DNA from: Patescibacteria group bacterium
Lineage (GTDB): Bacteria > Patescibacteriota > JABMPQ01 > JAQVVF01
Direction of reading: 5' to 3'
DNA: 64,000 nucleotides
Assembly: GCA_028699085.1 (NCBI GenBank)
Contig: JAQVVF010000002.1
Location: forward strand, 3,074 to 67,073
Position 1 is the stretch's first letter. Each line of letters starts with the position of its first letter. Below, one piece after another: positions 58,625 through 64,000 of this stretch. The notes under the pieces are model-generated. The model saw only the letters and a program-made list of their open reading frames with translations, was not told the DNA's origin and did no database searches. The position numbers and the translations under genes were made by a program.

Positions 58625-59005
58625 CTATCTTTTATCCAAATATCCTTGCAATATCTCTCTCGCTGCCAACTGATGCTCATCAACATCACTTCCTGACTTT
58701 TTCGCTCCAATCGAAGTCAATCTTTCATCTTCTAATATAACTTTTGCGATAATCTCTTTTTTTAGTCTTTCAACAAAATATTCAGTCTTCTTTGTTTGAT
58801 TTGTTTTTTGGCCTTGCATATTCAAAGGCATACCAACTACAATCTCAGCAATTTCTTCTTTTTCAACAAGCTTCTTAATTTCGTTAATTAAATTGCTTAT
58901 TCCATTATTTTTTAAACTCAAAAAAGGCAATGCAATTTTATTTTGATCATCGCCTTTTGCTAATCCAATATGTTTTCCACCAAAATCTATTCCTAATATT
59001 GTCAT
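58625..59005 (-). CDS. yqgF: YqgF/RuvX family nuclease
   Basis: ILGIDFG, VVGMP, DERLTS, AAREILQGYL. Confidence 0.92.
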   Translation of the reverse strand: MTILGIDFGGKHIGLAKGDDQNKIALPFLSLKNNGISNLINEIKKLVEKEEIAEIVVGMPLNMQGQKTNQTKKTEYFVERLKKEIIAKVILEDERLTSIGAKKSGSDVDEHQLAAREILQGYLDKR

Positions 59006-59138
59006 AAAAACTCTAAACTCTAAATTCTAAACAAATATAAAATTAAAATACCAAATTTAAAAACTAATCGTTAAATTTGAACATTTGTATTTTGAACATT
59101 TGAATTTGTTTAGAATTTTGTGCTTAGAATTTAGAATT

Positions 59139-59894
59139 TTATTCTTTTGTCAATATTTCATATCCATCATCAGTTACAGCAACTGTATGTTCAAAGTGAG
59201 CAGATAATTCACCGTCCGCTGTCATTATTGACCAGCCATCAATTCCTTGTTTAATTCGCCAATCTCCAACATTAACCATTGGTTCAATTGCCAAAACCAT
59301 TCCCTTTTTCATTATTGGACCAGTTCCTTCACGTCCATAATTCAAAATTTGTGGTGGCTCATGAACTTGTTTTCCAACACCATGACCAGTTAAATCACGG
59401 ACAACTGAAAAACCATTTGCCTCAGCATATCTCTGGACTGCTTGTCCAATATCTCCAATATGTCCATTAGGCCTTACTTGATCAATACCTTTATACATTG
59501 AAGCTTCAGTAACTTTTATTAATTTATCAGCCAAAGGAGTCATCTTTCCAACACCAAAACTAATTGCACTGTCAGTATACAAATTTTTATATCTTAAACC
59601 GAAATCTAAACTCACTAAATCACCTTCTTTGATAATTCTATCTCCAGGAGTACAATGCACTATTTCATCATTTATAGATAAACAAACAGTTGCTGGATAA
59701 CCACGATAGCCCATAAAAGCGGGCTTTGCGTCAAATTTTTCACAAAGCTCATTTATTCTTTTATCTAATCCTTTAGTCAAATAGCCAGGTCTAGAGATTT
59801 CCTCTTTCAAAATTTCCATAATCCTCGCTAGCTTTCTTCCACCTTCATGGATTATCTCAATCTCTTCATCAGTTTTTATAATAATCTTTGACAT
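59139..59894 (-). CDS. map: Type I methionine aminopeptidase
   Basis: SINDEIVH, GHGVG..HEPP, AIEPM, SAHFEHT. Confidence 0.97.
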   Translation of the reverse strand: MSKIIIKTDEEIEIIHEGGRKLARIMEILKEEISRPGYLTKGLDKRINELCEKFDAKPAFMGYRGYPATVCLSINDEIVHCTPGDRIIKEGDLVSLDFGLRYKNLYTDSAISFGVGKMTPLADKLIKVTEASMYKGIDQVRPNGHIGDIGQAVQRYAEANGFSVVRDLTGHGVGKQVHEPPQILNYGREGTGPIMKKGMVLAIEPMVNVGDWRIKQGIDGWSIMTADGELSAHFEHTVAVTDDGYEILTKE

Positions 59895-59989
59895 AATTTT
59901 GAATTTTTAATTTCGAATTTTGAATCAATTTTAAATGACTCAATTTTTAATTTTGAAACAGATAATTTAAAAAAAATAAAATTCTGATT

Positions 59990-60658
59990 TCAAAATTCAG
60001 AATTCAAAATTTTCTGTAATTTATTCTTAATATCCTCATGTACAACCTGAATTGGCCTCTCTCCATTAATTTCCTGTAATACTCCCCGTTTTTTATATTC
60101 TAAAATTGCTGGCTGAACTTTTTCATGTGCCCATTTTAATCTCTCTTTAATTTTTTCCGGATTATCATCACTACGATGTTCTAATTTTCCTCCACATTTA
60201 GGGCAATTCAAATTTTTAGAATCTGCAGGTAAAACATTTTTACAGTCTACGCAAATCCTTCTTTGGGTCAATCTTTTCATTGCTTCTTCATCAGAAATTT
60301 GAATATTAAAAACAACAATTTTTTTATTAATTTCCATATCTTTCAAAATCTCATCCAAATCAAAAACTTGCTGACTTGTTCTTGGATAACCGTCTAAAAC
60401 GATAGTTTTGCCATGATCATTTTCTAACAAAGCTTTCTTAATCAATTCTTTAACCATTTCATCTGGTACTAACTTGCCCTCTTTGTGAATAATAACATCA
60501 ATTTTTTTTCCTAAATCTGTCTGCTTTTTTACTTCAGATCGCAAGATTCCGCCCATTTCAATATAATTAAAATCAAATTTTTCACCAATCATTTTGGCTT
60601 GTGTTCCCTTGCCAGATCCAGACGGCCCCATAAACAAAATTAATAATTTATTTTCCAT
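59990..60658 (-). CDS. adk: Adenylate kinase (zinc-lid type)
   Basis: GPSGSGKGTQ, LDGYPR, CVDC..CPKC, RSDD. Confidence 0.95.
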   Translation of the reverse strand: MENKLLILFMGPSGSGKGTQAKMIGEKFDFNYIEMGGILRSEVKKQTDLGKKIDVIIHKEGKLVPDEMVKELIKKALLENDHGKTIVLDGYPRTSQQVFDLDEILKDMEINKKIVVFNIQISDEEAMKRLTQRRICVDCKNVLPADSKNLNCPKCGGKLEHRSDDNPEKIKERLKWAHEKVQPAILEYKKRGVLQEINGERPIQVVHEDIKNKLQKILNSEF

Positions 60659-60788
60659 AATATAACTTAAATTGCTATTTAATAATATATCACTCTTCCA
60701 TAATTTAAACAAGAAAAAAGAAGGTTTCCACCTTCAGTCTTCGTATTCGTGAGATTCGTGGCCGTAAGGCATTCGTGAGATTCACGAT

Positions 60789-62069
60789 TTAATAAAAGCT
60801 TTCATAATCTCTCATCACCATTTCTGATTCTATTTGTCTCACTGTTTCAATAACTACACTAACCACGATCAAAATTCCAGTACCGCCAATTACTAACGAT
60901 GGCATATCAAATGCTGCTTTCATTATAAAAGGCAATACTGCAACAAGACCTAAGAAAAATGAGCCAGTCAAAGTAATTCTTGTCATCGTCTTTGTTAAAT
61001 ATTCTCTTGTATGAGTACCTGGCCTAATTCCAGGGATAAAGCCACCTTGTTTTTGTAAATGCTCAGAAATTTGCTTTGGATCAAAAGTAACTGCAGTATA
61101 AAAATAAGTAAAGAAAATTACCATTACAAAATATAATGCTCCATAAAATAAATTATTGTTAAACAAATCAGCAACATTTTGCGCAATATCCTTAACCATC
61201 GCATTATTCACATTAACCAAAAAATTCGCAATCATACCTGGCAATAACATTAATGACATCGCGAAAATGATTGGGATAACACCAGCTTGATTAACTTTCA
61301 AAGGTAAATGAGAAGTTGTTCCGCCATACATTTTCATACCTCGTACTCGTCTTGCATACTGAACAGGAATATTTCTTTGTCCTTCTGTTATAAAAACTAT
61401 ACCAGCAATTACAACAACTGCGACAACTGCAAAAATTACTAATTCTATTACCTTTGATTGTTCAAAATTAACAAATGTCTGTTGAATAGCCATAGGAATA
61501 GCAGAAACTATACCAGCAAAGATAATTAATGATACGCCATTGCCAATTCCTTTTTCAGTTATTAGTTCACCAAGCCACATCAAGAATATTGTTCCCGCTG
61601 TCAACGTTATAATCATCGTTGTCAATTTGAAAGGATCAAGATCGCCTAAAATATTTTGTCCTGATTTCTGTAATAATACAATCATCGAATAAGACTGCAA
61701 AGCAGCCAAAGGAATAGTCAACCATCTCGTAATCTGATTCATTTTTCTTCTGCCATCTTCGCCTTCTTCTTTTTGCATTTTCTCCAAAGCCGGCACAACC
61801 ATAACTAAAAGCTGCATAATAATAGAAGATGTAATATAAGGACCAACGCCCATTGCTACAATTGAAAAATTTTCCATGCCACCACCAGTGAACATATTTA
61901 ATAAACCAAAAATTTGGTTGCTTTCAAAAAAACTCTTCAAAGCTGCTGCATCAATACCTGGAACAGGAATATGAGCTGTAAATCTAAAAACAATCAAAAG
62001 ACCAACTGCGAATAAAATCTTTTTTCGTAGCTCTTTTATTTTAAAAATTTGGGCTATCTTCTGAAACAT
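60789..62069 (-). CDS. secY: Preprotein translocase SecY
   Basis: GVGPYIT, GIGNG, AGVIPIIFA, IPGIRPG. Confidence 0.98.
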   Translation of the reverse strand: MFQKIAQIFKIKELRKKILFAVGLLIVFRFTAHIPVPGIDAAALKSFFESNQIFGLLNMFTGGGMENFSIVAMGVGPYITSSIIMQLLVMVVPALEKMQKEEGEDGRRKMNQITRWLTIPLAALQSYSMIVLLQKSGQNILGDLDPFKLTTMIITLTAGTIFLMWLGELITEKGIGNGVSLIIFAGIVSAIPMAIQQTFVNFEQSKVIELVIFAVVAVVVIAGIVFITEGQRNIPVQYARRVRGMKMYGGTTSHLPLKVNQAGVIPIIFAMSLMLLPGMIANFLVNVNNAMVKDIAQNVADLFNNNLFYGALYFVMVIFFTYFYTAVTFDPKQISEHLQKQGGFIPGIRPGTHTREYLTKTMTRITLTGSFFLGLVAVLPFIMKAAFDMPSLVIGGTGILIVVSVVIETVRQIESEMVMRDYESFY

Positions 62070-62098
62070 CCTTGAATTTTTAATTTATATTAACAAAT

Positions 62099-62623
62099 CT
62101 ATTTACTAGTTTTTGCAATTTTTTGCACTTTTACAACTGGATTTTTCTTATTATCAGTAGCTTTTTCTTTTTTAACAATCTCAATAATTTTAATACTGCC
62201 ACCAGCCTTTTCAATTTTCTCTTTTGCAGATTTAGAAAAATAATCGGCAACAACATTCAGCTTCTTCTTAATATCGCCATCACCTAAAATTTTTACTTTT
62301 CTCTTAGCAGATTTAATCAAGCCAACCTCAAACATAACTTTTTTATCAATAGTATCATTATCCTTAAAATCCTTTTCCAAAGTTAAAACATTAACAATTT
62401 CATATTTGTCTGATAAACTCTTAAATCCTCTTTTCTTAGGGATTTGCATATACAAAGGAGTCCTACCGCCTTCAAAGCTTGGTCGCCTGCTATAACCTGA
62501 TCTAGCTTTCTGACCTTTACAACCTCTTCCAGAAAAAATTCCATGGCCAGATCCAATTCCACGTCCAACAATCTTTCTTTTCTTTGTAGATCCTTTTGCT
62601 GGTTTTAATTCGTATAATTTCAT
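62099..62623 (-). CDS. rplO: 50S ribosomal protein L15
   Basis: VGRGIGSG, KGQKARSG, FEGG. Confidence 0.97.
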   Translation of the reverse strand: MKLYELKPAKGSTKKRKIVGRGIGSGHGIFSGRGCKGQKARSGYSRRPSFEGGRTPLYMQIPKKRGFKSLSDKYEIVNVLTLEKDFKDNDTIDKKVMFEVGLIKSAKRKVKILGDGDIKKKLNVVADYFSKSAKEKIEKAGGSIKIIEIVKKEKATDNKKNPVVKVQKIAKTSK

Positions 62624-62643
62624 AATAATTAATATCCAATATC

Positions 62644-63240
62644 TTATTTTTTAACAACTTTAGCAACCTTTTTAACTTCAGCTACTTTCTTTATCTCAAC
62701 TTTTTCTTCTGTTTTTGCTTCCTTCTTCTTGCCAATCAAATCTTCAATTTTTTTTCCTCTTGATTCTGCAATCTCTTCAGGCTTTCTCAATTTTTCAAGT
62801 GCCAAAATAGCTGCTCTTGCATTATTTGGAGTATTATTTGAACCATACATCTTTGCAGTTATATTTCTTATTCCTGCCAAATCCATAACAGTACGCACTG
62901 CTCCGCCAGCAATAACGCCTGTTCCAGCTTTTGCAGGTTTCAAAAACACCTGTGCACCACAATATTTAACCCATACTTCATGTGGAATTGTATTATCAAC
63001 AATAGAAACTTTAATCATGTTCTTTTTTGCTATTGCCACAGCTTTTCCAATTGCCGTAGATACATCTCCGCCCTTACCCATTCCCATACCAACCATGCCT
63101 TTTTTGTTGCCCATAACAATAGTCGCTCTAAATCTAAAACGACGTCCACCAGCAACAATTCTAGTAACTCTAGCAATATCAACTAATTGTTGATCAAATT
63201 CATTTTTATCTCTTCCAAATTTTCTATTGTTTCTAGCCAT
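62644..63240 (-). CDS. rpsE: 30S ribosomal protein S5
   Basis: RVTRIVAGGRRF, GTGVIAGG. Confidence 0.97.
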   Translation of the reverse strand: MARNNRKFGRDKNEFDQQLVDIARVTRIVAGGRRFRFRATIVMGNKKGMVGMGMGKGGDVSTAIGKAVAIAKKNMIKVSIVDNTIPHEVWVKYCGAQVFLKPAKAGTGVIAGGAVRTVMDLAGIRNITAKMYGSNNTPNNARAAILALEKLRKPEEIAESRGKKIEDLIGKKKEAKTEEKVEIKKVAEVKKVAKVVKK

Positions 63241-63319
63241 TTATTTAATTCAGTAATTAAGTAATTTATAATTCGAAATAACTCGTAATTTAGTTATTTT
63301 TAATTTAGTTATTTAGTTA

Positions 63320-63664
63320 TTAGAATTTAAGTCCACCTTTTCTTGCGCCATCAGCCAAAGACTTAACCCTACCAGCATATTTATATCCGCCTCTATCAAA
63401 AACAACTTCTGTAATCTTCTTCTCTGATGCTTTCTTTGCAATCAATTTTCCAACTTCCAAAGCAATTTCACCTTTCTTTAACTTTAAATCTTTCAATTCT
63501 GTGTCAGTTGCAGCAACCAAAGTCTTACTAGCAGAATCATCAATCAATTGAGCATAGATATGTTTATTACTTCTGAACACTACTAACCTAGGCTTTGTTG
63601 AAAAACCTTCCATTCTTGATCTTATTCTTTTATGTCTTCTAATTCTAAGTAATTTTTTATTCAT
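63320..63664 (-). CDS. rplR: 50S ribosomal protein L18
   Basis: [19 protein letters not shown]. Confidence 0.97.
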   Translation of the reverse strand: MNKKLLRIRRHKRIRSRMEGFSTKPRLVVFRSNKHIYAQLIDDSASKTLVAATDTELKDLKLKKGEIALEVGKLIAKKASEKKITEVVFDRGGYKYAGRVKSLADGARKGGLKF

Positions 63665-63731
63665 ATAATAGACTGTAATTGATTATTCGCAAATGTATTC
63701 GTATTTATTCGAAAATTAATTCGTGCGCTAC

Positions 63732-64000
63732 CTATTTAGCTCCTTCTGAAGCAACAGCTTTTTTACCTTCTTTTCTAATAATATGTTCACCAAGATAATG
63801 GATTCCTTTACCTTTATAAGGTTCAGGTTTTTTAAATTCTCTTATTTCGGCTGCTGCTTGACCTACTAATTGTTTGTCAATTCCAGAAACAGTTATTAGA
63901 TTCTTTTTAACATCAAATTTAATTCCTTCAGGTGCTTTATATTCAATTGGATGAGAAAAACCTAATTTCATAACTAATTTATCGCCATTAATTTGAACAT
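63732..64000 (-). CDS. rplF: 50S ribosomal protein L6, 5'-truncated by the window edge
   Basis: [15 protein letters not shown]. Confidence 0.96.
   Translation of the reverse strand, partial: VQINGDKLVMKLGFSHPIEYKAPEGIKFDVKKNLITVSGIDKQLVGQAAAEIREFKKPEPYKGKGIHYLGEHIIRKEGKKAVASEGAK

Noticed and set aside
62624-62643. Absence of rpmD (L30) between rpsE and rplO
   Set aside because: Real, but an established CPR trait; used only as a taxonomic hint.

Overview
AT-rich bacterial window that looks like Patescibacteria/CPR (Parcubacteria-like): rpmD is missing between rpsE and rplO, most genes lack a Shine-Dalgarno site, and it has a baeRF, a presenilin-like protease and a group 3b-type hydrogenase. 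Almost all genes are on the minus strand. The ordinary content is the end of the spc operon (rplF, rplR, rpsE, rplO, secY, adk, map), a glycolysis-to-acetate gene run with a NiFe-hydrogenase cluster and a small restriction-modification pair inserted in it, recJ, rnhA, rnpB, a surface-polysaccharide cluster, murJ and lepA. The unusual content is: (1) a complete tRNA-Thr(CGU) gene nested inside the D-stem of a second tRNA-Thr(CGU), carried between the two halves of a CCTGCC..GGCAGG palindromic element; (2) an arginine island of five different tRNA-Arg genes followed by a GC-richer arginine deiminase plus ArgRS pair; (3) a nearby Arg-Arg-Arg leader-peptide attenuator ahead of an unknown protein; (4) five paralogous beta-propeller surface proteins, three of which share a promoter made of a DnaA-type box, a variable-length simple repeat and an extended -10; (5) dispersed 7-nt-periodic elements that also sit inside ackA, a glycosyltransferase and RNase P RNA. 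All calls come from reading the sequence and from motif recognition; no searches were run.
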